This document shows positions 17,704 to 27,557 of a DNA stretch of 32,000 nucleotides, piece by piece. The notes below the pieces were generated by a model that ran no database searches, was not told the origin of the DNA, and saw only the letters and a list, made by a program, of their open reading frames with translations. Position numbers and translations under genes: made by a program. Source of the DNA: Candidatus Auribacterota bacterium (GTDB taxonomy: Bacteria; Auribacterota; UBA6266); contig JAGLRQ010000042.1 of assembly GCA_023136205.1 (NCBI GenBank), positions 24,873-56,872 of the forward strand. The letters are read 5' to 3'. Within the stretch, counting starts at the first letter, position 1; each line of letters starts with the position of its first letter.

Positions 17704-18675
17704 TTAGCCTTTAAGCCGTTTTTCAATTTCCGGAAGAACTGCTTCCGCAGAATCACACCCAATCTTAATAATTTCCTTGCTCCTTAAATATCCCATAGGT
17801 GAAATATTGCTAATATCCGGGGTAATAACAAAATCCGGCTTATCCTGTTTTAATCTTAACAGAGCAATAGTGTCTTGCATAATATATACAGAGTTCAATA
17901 TTACATCAAACATATTCAAACTCTCTTTTTCTCCTTCTTTTTTGTTTTCTATAGTTATATCAATGATATCCTTTAGTTTAACTTTCACCTCATCTTTCGG
18001 CATCTTGTCTAAAAATGTCATAACTTTATCTCTTATTTTCCCGTAATCAACTAATATTTTCCTTCCTTTTGTTTCTGAAACTTTTACCTGGTTTACAATC
18101 TTTTTAACCTCGGTTGTAATTTTAACTCCAATCGAAATATCCGCTCCCATCGCTTTTATAACAGAAACAGGAACAGGATCTGTAATACCTCCATCAATAA
18201 GGCTTCGGCCATCCATTTTAACGGGTACAAAAATACCTGGAATTGAAATACTGGCCCGTACAGCTTTTATTAACGGGCCTTTGGAAATAACAACTTCCTC
18301 TCCGGTAAAAACATCTGTTGCTACCACTGTAAATGGTCTTTCAAGGTCAGAAAAAGTTCTATCTCCGAGCAAATAAAACAAAAACTTTTCAATATTATCA
18401 CCATTTACAAGTCCGGATTTCGAAAAGGTCGGTGTAAAAAGTCCCAGCATTTCTCTCCTGTTAAGAGAAGTAATAAGGTCAGCAAAATCTTTCATAGGTA
18501 AACCTGAACAATATATGGCACCTACCAGGGCCCCCATGCTTGAACCGCAAACATAATCAGGACTGATTCCTTTTTCCTCCAGAGCAAGAAGAATTCCGAT
18601 ATGCGATAGCCCTTTTGCGGCCCCGCTGCCCAATGCAATCCCCAGTTTAGATTTTTTCTTCTTTAAAAAAGCCAT
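17704..18675 (-). CDS. patatin-like phospholipase (RssA-like)
   Basis: 323-aa ORF. Oxyanion box GSGAAKGLSHIG, nucleophile elbow GSSMGA (GxSxG) and catalytic Asp motif IDGGITDPVP. The gaps are 16 nt after trpG and 9 nt before trpD. Confidence 0.88.
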   Translation of the reverse strand: MAFLKKKKSKLGIALGSGAAKGLSHIGILLALEEKGISPDYVCGSSMGALVGAIYCSGLPMKDFADLITSLNRREMLGLFTPTFSKSGLVNGDNIEKFLFYLLGDRTFSDLERPFTVVATDVFTGEEVVISKGPLIKAVRASISIPGIFVPVKMDGRSLIDGGITDPVPVSVIKAMGADISIGVKITTEVKKIVNQVKVSETKGRKILVDYGKIRDKVMTFLDKMPKDEVKVKLKDIIDITIENKKEGEKESLNMFDVILNSVYIMQDTIALLRLKQDKPDFVITPDISNISPMGYLRSKEIIKIGCDSAEAVLPEIEKRLKG

Positions 18676-18691
18676 TTGCTTAACCCGTCAA

Positions 18692-19255
18692 CTATAACTT
18701 AAGAAAATTTCTAATAATCTTTTTGCCTTGCACGGTTAATATTGACTCGGGATGAAATTGGACACCCCAGACAGGATACTTTTTATGCTTCAATGCCATT
18801 ATTTCTTTTTCTTTTGTTTCCGCAATTACCTGCAGGCATCCGGGAAGAGATTTTCTTTCCACAATTAATGAATGGTACCTTGTCGCATCAAAGGGATTTT
18901 TTATGTCTTTAAAAATCCCTTTACTATTGTGGTATATTAATGAGATTTTACCGTGCATCAGCCGCTCAGCCCGCACAACCTTTCCTCCAAAAGCTTCTCC
19001 TATACATTGATGCCCGAGACAAACACCAAAAAGCGGAATTTCGCATGCAAATTCTTTTATTATATTAACCGATATGCCGGCTTCTTTAGGTGTGCACGGC
19101 CCGGGAGATATAACAATCTTTTCAGGAGAAAACTTTTTTATTTCATTTATTGTTATCTCATCGTTCCTGAAAACCTTCGGCATAAACCCGAGTTCACCCA
19201 TATACTGAACAATATTATAGGTAAAAGAATCATAATTATCTATCATCAATATCAT
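18692..19255 (-). CDS. trpG: anthranilate synthase component II (glutamine amidotransferase)
   Basis: 187-aa [13 protein letters not shown]...GVCLGHQ...QFHPES class-I GATase triad context. Confidence 0.95.
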   Translation of the reverse strand: MILMIDNYDSFTYNIVQYMGELGFMPKVFRNDEITINEIKKFSPEKIVISPGPCTPKEAGISVNIIKEFACEIPLFGVCLGHQCIGEAFGGKVVRAERLMHGKISLIYHNSKGIFKDIKNPFDATRYHSLIVERKSLPGCLQVIAETKEKEIMALKHKKYPVWGVQFHPESILTVQGKKIIRNFLKL

Positions 19256-19257
19256 GC

Positions 19258-20736
19258 TTAACTCCTGAATGATTCAGCCAGCTCCACGGCCTTTATCATT
19301 CCTTTAGCTTTATTCACCGTTTCATAATATTCTTTTTCAGGCACTGAATCCGCGACTATTCCTGCCCCTGCCTGTATGAAAGCCTTTTTGCCTTTTACAA
19401 CAATTGTCCTTATGGTTATTGCCGAATCAAGGTTGCCGGAAAAACTGAAATACGCTATAGCACCGGAATATATACCTCTCTTTGTATTTTCCAGCTCATC
19501 AATTACTTCCATGGCTCTTATTTTAGGGGCACCGCTGACAGTCCCCGCAGGGAAAGTAGCTTTCATCAGGTCATAAATATTTTTACCCTTTTTCAAGGTA
19601 CCTCTCACATCCGAAACTATGTGCATAACATGAGAATATTTTTCTATAACCATCAACTCGGGAACACTTATAGATCCCACGCCGCAAACCCTTCCTATAT
19701 CATTACGCCCCAAGTCTACAAGCATAATGTGCTCGGCTTTTTCTTTTTCGTCGGACAATAATTCTTTTTCCAGACTGGCATCTTCCACGCGGCTTTTTCC
19801 TCTTCTTCTCGTTCCCGCTATCGGACGAAGTTCCACATTACCATCCTCGCATCTGACATGGATTTCAGGGGAAGAGCCGATTATATTCAGGTCTTTAAAC
19901 TTAAGATAATACATGTACGGCGAAGGATTGACAGACCTTAAAGCCCTGTATAAGTTAAAATTATCCGTTTTAAAATCCATTTGAAATCTCTGCGAAAGAA
20001 CCACCTGTACAATATCCCCCGCTCTGATATATTTCTTTGCCTTAGATACAATTTTCTTAAATTTGTCCTTTGTGAAATTTGAAGAAACCTTTATCTTTTT
20101 ATCCCGGGCATACGATTCTGCAGGAAGAGGTTTTAAAGGCTGTTTGAGAAGTTTTACCAACGTATCAATTTTCTTTATAGCTTCATTATATGCCTTTATC
20201 GGACTATTTTTGATAAATGCGTTTGAAACTACCTTGATAGTGTGATTAACGTGGTCAAAAATGAGAATGGTATCAGTGAACATAAAGAAAGTATCCGGAA
20301 AATTGAACTTATCCGCATTACCATCCGGAAGTTTCTCAAAAAACCTGACAGTATCATATCCGATATAACCGACAGCACCGCCGTAAAAGCGGGGCAAGCG
20401 GTTTTCTTCCACCGCTTTATACCTCGACATGAGTATCTTCAGTTCTTCGATAGGAGTTTTGTTCATCCTGTATTTTTTTTCTTCTCCGTCTTCAATAACA
20501 GATGCCTGCTGCCCTTTGCTGGAAAAAAGAATACTTGGATTTGAGCCAAGGAAAGAATACCTTGCTATATTTTCACCGCCCTCAACACTTTCAAGGAGAA
20601 AACAAAAATTCTTTGACGATATCTTCCTGAAAGCTGACGCAGGCGTTTCCATGTCGGCAACAATTTCCTTAAACACAGGAACCAGGTTTCCTTTTTTTGC
20701 CTTCTTAATAAATTCTTTTTTGTCCGGATAATACAT
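19258..20736 (-). CDS. trpE: anthranilate synthase component I
   Basis: ORF 19258..20745. ATG at 20736 (MYYPDKKEF...) has AAGG about 11 nt upstream, whereas the track start is a [21 protein letters not shown] and GAGIVADS motifs are present. Confidence 0.95.
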   Translation of the reverse strand: MYYPDKKEFIKKAKKGNLVPVFKEIVADMETPASAFRKISSKNFCFLLESVEGGENIARYSFLGSNPSILFSSKGQQASVIEDGEEKKYRMNKTPIEELKILMSRYKAVEENRLPRFYGGAVGYIGYDTVRFFEKLPDGNADKFNFPDTFFMFTDTILIFDHVNHTIKVVSNAFIKNSPIKAYNEAIKKIDTLVKLLKQPLKPLPAESYARDKKIKVSSNFTKDKFKKIVSKAKKYIRAGDIVQVVLSQRFQMDFKTDNFNLYRALRSVNPSPYMYYLKFKDLNIIGSSPEIHVRCEDGNVELRPIAGTRRRGKSRVEDASLEKELLSDEKEKAEHIMLVDLGRNDIGRVCGVGSISVPELMVIEKYSHVMHIVSDVRGTLKKGKNIYDLMKATFPAGTVSGAPKIRAMEVIDELENTKRGIYSGAIAYFSFSGNLDSAITIRTIVVKGKKAFIQAGAGIVADSVPEKEYYETVNKAKGMIKAVELAESFRS

Positions 20737-20809
20737 AATTACCAACCTTTTACCCCGCGCTTCAATCTTTCTACGGTTTTTTTACAATTCACAATTCACG
20801 AACAACGAT

Positions 20810-21202
20810 TTACGGCCCCTTATTGTACACTTCATCAGGATTAAATACCTTTTCCCCGTCCGTGAGCCACTGCCCGTTATCAAGTTTTCTGTAAAAACAG
20901 CTTCTGTAGCCGGCATGGCAAGCCGCTCTTCCTTTTTGTTCAACTTTAAAGAGAAGGCAATCTTTATCACAATCAACTCGAATTTCCTTAACAATCTGCA
21001 CATTGCCGGAAGACTCCCCTTTAACCCAGAATTTCTGCCTGGACCTGCTCCAGTAAGTCATCTTTCCCGTTTCAAGGGTTCTTTTTAATGACTCCGCATT
21101 CATATACGCAACCATAAGGACTGCTGCGTCTTCAAGATCAACTACCACTGCTGTTACAAGGCCGTCCGGGCCATACTTTATATCATTGATAATATTATTC
21201 AT
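20810..21202 (-). CDS. hisI: phosphoribosyl-AMP cyclohydrolase (monofunctional, no HisE domain)
   Basis: ORF 20810..21238. ATG at 21202 (MNNIIND...) follows AGGGAAGGG and avoids overlap with his[19 protein letters not shown]...DCDKDCLL...[10 protein letters not shown] motifs. Confidence 0.93.
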   Translation of the reverse strand: MNNIINDIKYGPDGLVTAVVVDLEDAAVLMVAYMNAESLKRTLETGKMTYWSRSRQKFWVKGESSGNVQIVKEIRVDCDKDCLLFKVEQKGRAACHAGYRSCFYRKLDNGQWLTDGEKVFNPDEVYNKGP

Positions 21203-21218
21203 TATAAAACCCTTCCCT

Positions 21219-21977
21219 TTAATTTCGTACACACACACCGTGTTTTTTCAAGTAATCCTTCACTTCCTCAATCTCTATTTCCCTGTAATGGAAAATCGAT
21301 GCTGCAAGAGCCGCATCAGCCATTCCATCCGTTAAAACTTTTAAAATATGTTCACAAGTGCCGGCACCGCCTGAAGCAATAACCGGAATTCTAACCGCAG
21401 AAGAAATTTTTCCTGTAAGCTCGATATCGTATCCATTTTTCGTGCCGTCAGAATCCATGCTCGTTAAAAGGATCTCCCCTGCTCCCAGTTTTTCCACTTC
21501 CAGGGCCCACTCAACTGCATCACGCCGGGCAGGTGTTCTTCCGCCATTGATGTATATCTGCCATTTACCTTCACATACCCGCTTTGCATCAATTGCTACC
21601 ACTATACACTGCGAACCAAACATCGATGAGGCTTCCTTGACAAACTGAGGATTTTTTACCACCGGCGTATTAATTGAAACCTTATCAGCTCCGCTCTTAA
21701 GCAGTTCACGTATATCCTCCAGCGAAGAAATCCCTCCGCCTACTGTAAGCGGCATAAAACACTTTTCCGCCGTTTTCTTCACAACATCAATCATTATTTT
21801 TCTTTTTTCATGGGATGCAGTTATGTCAAGAAAAACAAGCTCGTCTGCTCCCGCCCGGTCATAAACCTCAGCTATTTCAACAGGGTCACCCGCATCTTTT
21901 AAACCCTCAAAATTTATACCTTTTACAACCCTGCCCTCTTTAACATCCAGGCAGGGAATTATCCTTTTAGCCAGCAT
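21219..21977 (-). CDS. hisF: imidazole glycerol phosphate synthase cyclase subunit
   Basis: 252-aa [14 protein letters not shown]...[13 protein letters not shown]...ASGGAG motifs. Confidence 0.97.
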   Translation of the reverse strand: MLAKRIIPCLDVKEGRVVKGINFEGLKDAGDPVEIAEVYDRAGADELVFLDITASHEKRKIMIDVVKKTAEKCFMPLTVGGGISSLEDIRELLKSGADKVSINTPVVKNPQFVKEASSMFGSQCIVVAIDAKRVCEGKWQIYINGGRTPARRDAVEWALEVEKLGAGEILLTSMDSDGTKNGYDIELTGKISSAVRIPVIASGGAGTCEHILKVLTDGMADAALAASIFHYREIEIEEVKDYLKKHGVCVRN

Positions 21978-22695
21978 TTGCTGCCCCTGTTATATCCCTT
22001 AAATTCAATTTTCCATCATAAAGAGCTTTACCGATTATCGCAGCCGAAATACCTTTAGGCGCAAGCCCGGACAGCCTCTTTACATCTTCAAGCGTAGAAA
22101 TACCGCCGGAAGCAACAATTTTTATACCTGTGGCATCCAGAAGATCCTCGCACGCTTTGATATTCGGGCCTTCAAGCATACCATCTTTCAATATATCAGT
22201 ATAAATTATCTCTTCGAATCCAATTTTTTTTAGATCACGGACAAATTCCTCAACCTTAAGCTGGGACGTTTCCAGCCAGCCTTTTTTAACCACAAAACCA
22301 TCTTTTGTATCAACCGCTATTATTACCCTGTCTTTAAAACTTTGATAGGCATCGCGCGCAAAGTGAGCATTCTCACATGCCGAAGTCCCAACAACAACTC
22401 TCCTGGCCCCAAGAGAAAGGTATTCCTCTATATGTTCAAAGCTGCGTATTCCGCCCCCAACCTCTGTGTCAATATTCAGGTTTTTTATTATTTCCCCTAT
22501 TGTTTTTTTGTTTGCGGGTTTGCCCCCGAAAGCCCCGTCAAGATCTACAATATGCAGAAAAGACGCCCCCTCTTTTTGCCATCTTTTTGCCATCTCAACA
22601 GGAAAATCCGAATATACGGTTTTTTCCTCAGCTTTACCTTGTTTAAGGCGGACACATTTACCATCCACTATATCTATTGCAGGAATTATAATCAT
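21967..22695 (-). CDS. hisA: 1-(5-phosphoribosyl)-5-[(5-phosphoribosylamino)methylideneamino]imidazole-4-carboxamide isomerase
   Basis: 242-aa [20 protein letters not shown]...HIVDLDGA...VGGGIRS...ASGGIS motifs. Confidence 0.96.
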   Translation of the reverse strand: MIIIPAIDIVDGKCVRLKQGKAEEKTVYSDFPVEMAKRWQKEGASFLHIVDLDGAFGGKPANKKTIGEIIKNLNIDTEVGGGIRSFEHIEEYLSLGARRVVVGTSACENAHFARDAYQSFKDRVIIAVDTKDGFVVKKGWLETSQLKVEEFVRDLKKIGFEEIIYTDILKDGMLEGPNIKACEDLLDATGIKIVASGGISTLEDVKRLSGLAPKGISAAIIGKALYDGKLNLRDITGAANAG

Positions 22696-23321
22696 GTTCT
22701 TGCTTTCTGTGTATATTTCACAAAATTCTCTATCAGTTTCAGTCCTGCTTTCTGGCTTTTCTCAGGGTGAAACTGGCACGCAAAAATATTTTTGCTGCAA
22801 ACGGAAGAAGTAAATTCCACATCATAATCTGTGGTTGTGGCAATAATACTTTTATCTTCAGGCTTTACATAGTAAGAATGAACAAAATAAAAATACTCGC
22901 CATCCTTTATATCTTTTAATATTTCACATTTCTTACCTGAAGCAGTGAACTCTAAAGAATTCCATCCCATGTGGGGAACTTTTAATATAGGAGAAAACCG
23001 CAAAACTTTGCCCTTAAAGATCCCAAGCCCTTTTTCCCTGCCCTCTTCGCTTCCTTCAAAAAGTATATGCAAACCCAAACATATACCCAAGAAAGGGCGT
23101 CCCGAAGAAATAAATTCTGTTATTGTCCTGTCCAGGTTGTTGCGTTTGAGATTCCTGATGCAGTCATCAAAAGAACCAACGCCAGGGACAACAAGAGCTG
23201 CCATAGCTTTAATTTCTTCAGGGTGAGAACTTAAAACAACCGAAGCTCCATACTTCTCAAGAGCTTTTTGAACACTCCTTAAGTTACCCATTCCATAATC
23301 TAGAATAACTATCTTACTCAT
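22692..23321 (-). CDS. hisH: imidazole glycerol phosphate synthase glutamine amidotransferase subunit
   Basis: ORF 22692..23327. ATG at 23321 (MSKIVILDYGMGNLRSV). GICLGLH and FHPEKS catalytic-triad context. Confidence 0.95.
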   Translation of the reverse strand: MSKIVILDYGMGNLRSVQKALEKYGASVVLSSHPEEIKAMAALVVPGVGSFDDCIRNLKRNNLDRTITEFISSGRPFLGICLGLHILFEGSEEGREKGLGIFKGKVLRFSPILKVPHMGWNSLEFTASGKKCEILKDIKDGEYFYFVHSYYVKPEDKSIIATTTDYDVEFTSSVCSKNIFACQFHPEKSQKAGLKLIENFVKYTQKART

Positions 23322-23341
23322 TAACAAAACCTTAACGGCTT

Positions 23342-23929
23342 TTATAGTTTCCCTTTTGTCGAAGGGGTTCCCTTAACCCTTTCATCGACTTTCAAGGCCT
23401 CTCTAAACACTTTTGCAAGAGCCTTAAATGCCGCTTCATAAATATGATGCACATCCTCTCCGCTTATAAGAATAAGATGAAGTGTAATCTGCGCATTCTG
23501 CACAAATGCCCTCATGAATTCCTTCACCAGCCCTACATTAAAAGAACCAAGTTTAATCCTTCTGGTTTTAATCTTGTACGCCAGGTAGGCTCTACCGCTT
23601 ACATCCAAAGATGCTTCTACAAGAGATTCATCCATGGGAACACGCGCGCTGGAATATCTAACTATCCCTTTCTTGTTTGCAAAAGCTTTTTTAAATGCCT
23701 CACCCAATGCAATACCAACATCTTCAACTACATGGTGGTCATCAATGTGTACATCGCCTTCAGCTTTTATTTCAATATCAATAAGCGAATGTTTGGAAAA
23801 AAGTTCCAGCATGTGGTCAAGAAAACCTACACCGGTAGATATCCTGCCCTTCCCTTCGCCATCAATGTTAATCTTAACCCGGATATCAGTTTCTTTTGTT
23901 TTTCTTTTTACAACAGCAGACCTTGCCAT
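23342..23929 (-). CDS. hisB: imidazoleglycerol-phosphate dehydratase (monofunctional)
   Basis: 195-aa ORF. RKTKETDIRVKINIDG...GFLDHML...DDHHVVEDVGIALG motifs. Confidence 0.96.
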   Translation of the reverse strand: MARSAVVKRKTKETDIRVKINIDGEGKGRISTGVGFLDHMLELFSKHSLIDIEIKAEGDVHIDDHHVVEDVGIALGEAFKKAFANKKGIVRYSSARVPMDESLVEASLDVSGRAYLAYKIKTRRIKLGSFNVGLVKEFMRAFVQNAQITLHLILISGEDVHHIYEAAFKALAKVFREALKVDERVKGTPSTKGKL

Positions 23930-23949
23930 TAAAGCCCCCCTTTTAAAAA

Positions 23950-24155
23950 ACAGTATTGAGTATATCAGTAACAGTATTGCGTCGTGAGTATTGAGTTAAA
24001 AGCGTACAAAAACAAATCCTCCCCTACAGGGGACTTAATCCTGGAAATTATTTTAATTTCACAGGGCAAACAATATACAACAATTACCAAAATTCTAAAC
24101 TAACTACTGATCCTTGTTTTTAATTTTTTCTCCGTGTCTTTGCGTCTCTGTGTGA
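23950..24155. repeat. composite intergenic repeat region between hisC and hisB
   Basis: AGTATTGAGTAT (23952-23963) and AGTATTGCGTCGTGAGTATTGAGTT (23972-23996). CCTCCCC-TACA-GGGGAC hairpin, core at 24020-24033. TTCTCCGTGTCTTTGCGTCTCTGTGTGA (24128-24155) is about 80% identical to 30087-30114, with a decayed inverted partner near 24059-24075. Confidence 0.65.
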
Positions 24156-24170
24156 TTAAATATTTTTTTA

Positions 24171-25235
24171 TTATTTTAACAGTGTTTCTGTTTTCTTTAA
24201 AAATATCTTAATTTCTTTCATTGTTCCAACACTTATTCTTATATAATCTTTCAACCAGCCTATACAGAAATAGCGAACCAGGATGTTTTTTCCTTCGAGC
24301 CGGACAGTCAGCTTCTTCGCATCAACAGCCTGCCTGTCCGGTAGGCAGGGAGGTTTCGCAAAAATAAAATTAGCCGATGAAGGCAGTGTTTCAAATCCCA
24401 TAGATTTTAATCTTTTATCCAAAAACAACCTGGTTTTTATAACATTTTTTTTGATTTTGCGAAAATACTGCCTGTCATCCATTGCAGCTTTTCCGGCCTT
24501 TATACTAAGCCTGTTTATATTATATGAATCTTTAACCTTTAACAGCATATCAATAGTTTTCTTATTCGCTATGCCAAGTCCTATTCTCATCCCCGCAAGA
24601 GCATATGACTTGGAAAGAGACCTCGTTACGACTACATTGCGGTATTTTCTTGCCATGTACAAACAATTGTATGTTGAAAAATCAACATAGGCTTCGTCAA
24701 TTACAATCAGAGCCTTCTTTTGAGCCCTGCAAAGTTTTTCAATGTCCTTCTTCGGAAAAGCACATCCCGTAGGAGCATTAGGATTTGAAATAATAATCAA
24801 TTTAGCTTTTGTCTTAAAAAATGAGGCCGGCAGCCTATCCTGCTGTTTAAGCCTGTGCTCTTCAATCCCGGCCGCCTGGATATCCGCGAGAACCTTATAA
24901 AGAGAATATGTGGGAAATGTTATAGCTGCCTTATCCCCTTTATCAAGCACAGCCCTGAATATCAAAGACAGAATCTCATCTGAACCATTCCCCGGTATTA
25001 TGTTTTCAACTTTGAACCCCAGAACCCTGGCTGCCGCGGATTTTAATTCAGCCCCGGAAGGATCCGGGTATAAACGCAGGCTCACTCCAATATTATCCCG
25101 GATTACCTTTAAAACACGCTTTGAAGGAGGATAGGGATTTTCATTGGTATTTAATTTAACAAACTCCTCCCTGCCAGGCTGAAAGCCGGGTATATATGGT
25201 TTAAGTTCTTCAATATTTTTTCTGAAATAGCTCAT
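24171..25235 (-). CDS. hisC: histidinol-phosphate aminotransferase
   Basis: 354-aa ORF. LNTNENPYPPS, GNGSDE and SLSKSYALAGMRIG (PLP Lys) motifs. Confidence 0.94.
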   Translation of the reverse strand: MSYFRKNIEELKPYIPGFQPGREEFVKLNTNENPYPPSKRVLKVIRDNIGVSLRLYPDPSGAELKSAAARVLGFKVENIIPGNGSDEILSLIFRAVLDKGDKAAITFPTYSLYKVLADIQAAGIEEHRLKQQDRLPASFFKTKAKLIIISNPNAPTGCAFPKKDIEKLCRAQKKALIVIDEAYVDFSTYNCLYMARKYRNVVVTRSLSKSYALAGMRIGLGIANKKTIDMLLKVKDSYNINRLSIKAGKAAMDDRQYFRKIKKNVIKTRLFLDKRLKSMGFETLPSSANFIFAKPPCLPDRQAVDAKKLTVRLEGKNILVRYFCIGWLKDYIRISVGTMKEIKIFLKKTETLLK

Positions 25236-25255
25236 TTAAAATCAGTATACAGCAT

Positions 25256-26557
25256 TTAGTATATACTATTCTTTTTCATCCGTATTTTTACAGAATTTCC
25301 ATGTCCATCAAGCTTTTCTATATCAGAAAGCTCCACCGCGTATTTTGATGCCTTTTTAAAAGCTTCTTCACTGTAGTTTATAAGTGAAATCCTTTTCAGA
25401 AAATCACTCACTGACAAACCGGAAAACCACCTTGCTCCTCCGGAAGTCGGCAAAACATGGCTCGGGCCGGCAACAAAATCACCTATTGCTTCAGGGGTCC
25501 ATTCTCCGACAAAAATCGCCCCCGCATTATTTATTCTCCTTACCACAAATTCAGGATTTTCAACCATTACTTCAATGTGTTCCGGCGCGATTATATTAGC
25601 AACATTTATTGCCTGGGTAAGATCCCTAACAACAACAAGAAACGCCCCCCTGCTCAATGATTCTGAAATTATCTTTTTCCTCGATAACATGGTTGACTGG
25701 CGGTAGATTTCTTTTTCAATATTGACAATTAAATCCTTGTCAACCGAAACAAGGTAAATCCTGCTGGCAGTATCGTGTTCAGCCTGAGCAAGCATATCAG
25801 CCGCAATAAATTTAGGATTTGAAGTCTTGTCCGCAATAATCAAAACCTCACTCGGGCCAGCCACCATATCAATATCAACAAACCCATACACCTGTCTTTT
25901 CGCACAGGAAACATACACGTTGCCGGGGCCTACAATCTTATCCACTTTGGGAACCGTTTTGGTGCCAAATGCAAAAGCCCCAATTGCCTGAGCACCACCA
26001 ACCCTGAAAACACTGTCAACTCCCGCGATACTGCAGGCAGCAAGAATTCCGAGGCTAATGTCACCGCCCGTACACGGAGGCGACGCTACAAAAATTTCCT
26101 TAACTCCTGCAACTCTTGCAATAACCGCAGTCATAAGAACCGTTGACACTAACGGGGCCGTGCCCCCGGGAACATATATACCCACCTTTTCAACAGGCCT
26201 CATCTCTTCACCCAAAACCGAACCGTCTCTCCTTTTATATGACCAGCTTTTTCTCAAAAGTTTTTTCGCGTACTCTTCAATGTTTTTCTTAGCGTATTCA
26301 ATAGAATCAGCCAATTTCTTGGAAATAGATGCTCTTGATACATTTATTGCGTCTTTTCCAACTTCTATCATCGAAGGGCACAAAGAATAACTGTCAAATA
26401 CTTGCGTATATTCAATAAGGGCTTTGTCTCCCAAGACCCTGACCTTTTGTAAAATCTCAGAGACCGATTGTTCCACTTCTTCATTATATAAAGCGGTTTC
26501 TTTTAATCCTTTCAGCCTGCTTACGCCCTTTTCCAGGCGGCAATCAATTATTTCCAT
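25256..26557 (-). CDS. hisD: histidinol dehydrogenase
   Basis: 433-aa ORF. GIYVPGGTAPLVSTVLM, GPGNVYV, QAEHD and PEHIE motifs. Confidence 0.96.
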   Translation of the reverse strand: MEIIDCRLEKGVSRLKGLKETALYNEEVEQSVSEILQKVRVLGDKALIEYTQVFDSYSLCPSMIEVGKDAINVSRASISKKLADSIEYAKKNIEEYAKKLLRKSWSYKRRDGSVLGEEMRPVEKVGIYVPGGTAPLVSTVLMTAVIARVAGVKEIFVASPPCTGGDISLGILAACSIAGVDSVFRVGGAQAIGAFAFGTKTVPKVDKIVGPGNVYVSCAKRQVYGFVDIDMVAGPSEVLIIADKTSNPKFIAADMLAQAEHDTASRIYLVSVDKDLIVNIEKEIYRQSTMLSRKKIISESLSRGAFLVVVRDLTQAINVANIIAPEHIEVMVENPEFVVRRINNAGAIFVGEWTPEAIGDFVAGPSHVLPTSGGARWFSGLSVSDFLKRISLINYSEEAFKKASKYAVELSDIEKLDGHGNSVKIRMKKNSIY

Positions 26558-26593
26558 ATATTCCCTTTTAAATATAACTATGTCGAGCTAAAC

Positions 26594-26623
26594 ATACTAC
26601 CATATTGAAGAAAAAACCTTCAA
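26594..26623 (-). promoter_or_regulatory. candidate sigma-70-type promoter for hisD and the downstream gene string
   Basis: Minus strand: TTGAAG (26623-26618), 18 nt, TAGTAT (26599-26594), about 35 nt upstream of the hisD ATG. It lies directly after the SPFH terminator. Sequence inspection only. Confidence 0.3.
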
Positions 26624-26661
26624 GTAAAAAGGGAAGGCGGCCGGATAACCGGCCGCCTTCC
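26624..26661 (-). terminator. rho-independent terminator downstream of the SPFH gene
   Basis: Perfect 13-bp GC-rich stem GGAAGGCGGCCGG (26632-26644) / CCGGCCGCCTTCC (26649-26661) with a 4-nt loop. On the minus strand it is followed by C-TTTTT-AC. Confidence 0.85.
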
Positions 26662-26687
26662 GCGGATAAACCTTTCAATTATGGCTG

Positions 26688-27557
26688 TTATTCCTGTTTA
26701 GCTTCTCTTTTGAGGGGAAGAACACCGGCAAGCCCCCCTATTACATTAACAAGCTCGGAATCCGTTGGGACAACAACCTTCGCGTTCTCTTTAAGAGAGT
26801 TTTCAACAGTTTCCAGTTTTTTTAGAACCTGCGCGTTACCTATAAAGTATTTATTTGCGGCCTCATTAACAAGCCTTATCGATTCAGCTTCACCCTCAGC
26901 GCGCAATATTTTACCTTGTTTAATTCCTTCCGCTTTCTTAATCTCCGATCTTTTTTGACCGTCTGCCTGCCTCTCCACGGCATTAGCAAAGTCAAGGGCG
27001 GCAATTTTTTCATTTTCGGCTTTAACAACCTTGTTCATTGTCTCCTGAACATCCTTCGGCGGGTCTATTTCTTTAAGCTCTGTCCTTACTATTTCCATAC
27101 CCCAGCTCTCAGTTTCTTTGCTTAATGTACTAAGCAGTTCGCCATTAATTTTGTCCCTCTCGCTGTTTGCCGATTTCAGAGTCAACGTGCCGATAATATT
27201 TCTCAAAGTCGTTCGTGCAAGGTTTACAATCTGCCATTTGTAACTATTAACATTATACTGAGAATTTTTAACATGCTTTTCATCTGCCTTAACCTTAAAA
27301 TAAACCTGAGCATCTACGCTCGCGTTAAGATTATCGTTTGTAATTATCTCCTGAGGCTGAGCATCCACCATCTGCTCCGTAATATTGATAGCAGTCAGCC
27401 TGTCTATAACAGGGATAACCCAGTTAAAACCGGGCATGGCAAACCTTTTATATTTCCCCAGCCTCTCAACAAGACCCCTGTGTGTGGGCCGTATAATTCT
27501 TACTCCAAAAAAGAATATCACCACTGCAATTATTAATATAGTCCATAACCATCCCAT
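26688..27557 (-). CDS. SPFH/band-7 domain membrane protein (stomatin/prohibitin-like)
   Basis: 289-aa ORF. N-terminal TM segment MGWLWTILIIAVVIFFFGV, then the SPFH core (IRPTHRGLVERLGKY..., VDAQVYFKV..., TLRNIIG...) and a coiled, charged C-terminal region. GGAGG RBS. Confidence 0.88.
   Translation of the reverse strand: MGWLWTILIIAVVIFFFGVRIIRPTHRGLVERLGKYKRFAMPGFNWVIPVIDRLTAINITEQMVDAQPQEIITNDNLNASVDAQVYFKVKADEKHVKNSQYNVNSYKWQIVNLARTTLRNIIGTLTLKSANSERDKINGELLSTLSKETESWGMEIVRTELKEIDPPKDVQETMNKVVKAENEKIAALDFANAVERQADGQKRSEIKKAEGIKQGKILRAEGEAESIRLVNEAANKYFIGNAQVLKKLETVENSLKENAKVVVPTDSELVNVIGGLAGVLPLKREAKQE

Noticed and set aside
20746-20809. Classical trp regulation upstream of trpE (leader peptide attenuator, T-box, TRAP site)
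   Set aside because: The spacer is only 64 nt. It has no small ORF with tandem Trp codons, is too short for a T-box, and has no series of GAG/UAG triplets at 2-3-nt spacing.
20782-21003. 73-aa minus-strand ORF overlapping hisI in another frame; similar same-strand shadow ORFs at 17268..17480, 29344..29610 and 30743..30991
   Set aside because: These are alternative frames inside hisI, trpD, alaS and recA respectively, with no independent support.
21203-21238. 12-codon N-terminal extension of hisI in the ORF track ([12 protein letters not shown])
   Set aside because: It would overlap hisF by 20 nt. The ATG at 21202 has its own purine-rich RBS and begins where HisI conservation begins.
26605-26958. 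117-aa + strand ORF starting in the hisD-SPFH spacer
   Set aside because: It reads through the terminator hairpin and then runs antisense to the SPFH gene. The sequence is low-complexity and has no RBS.
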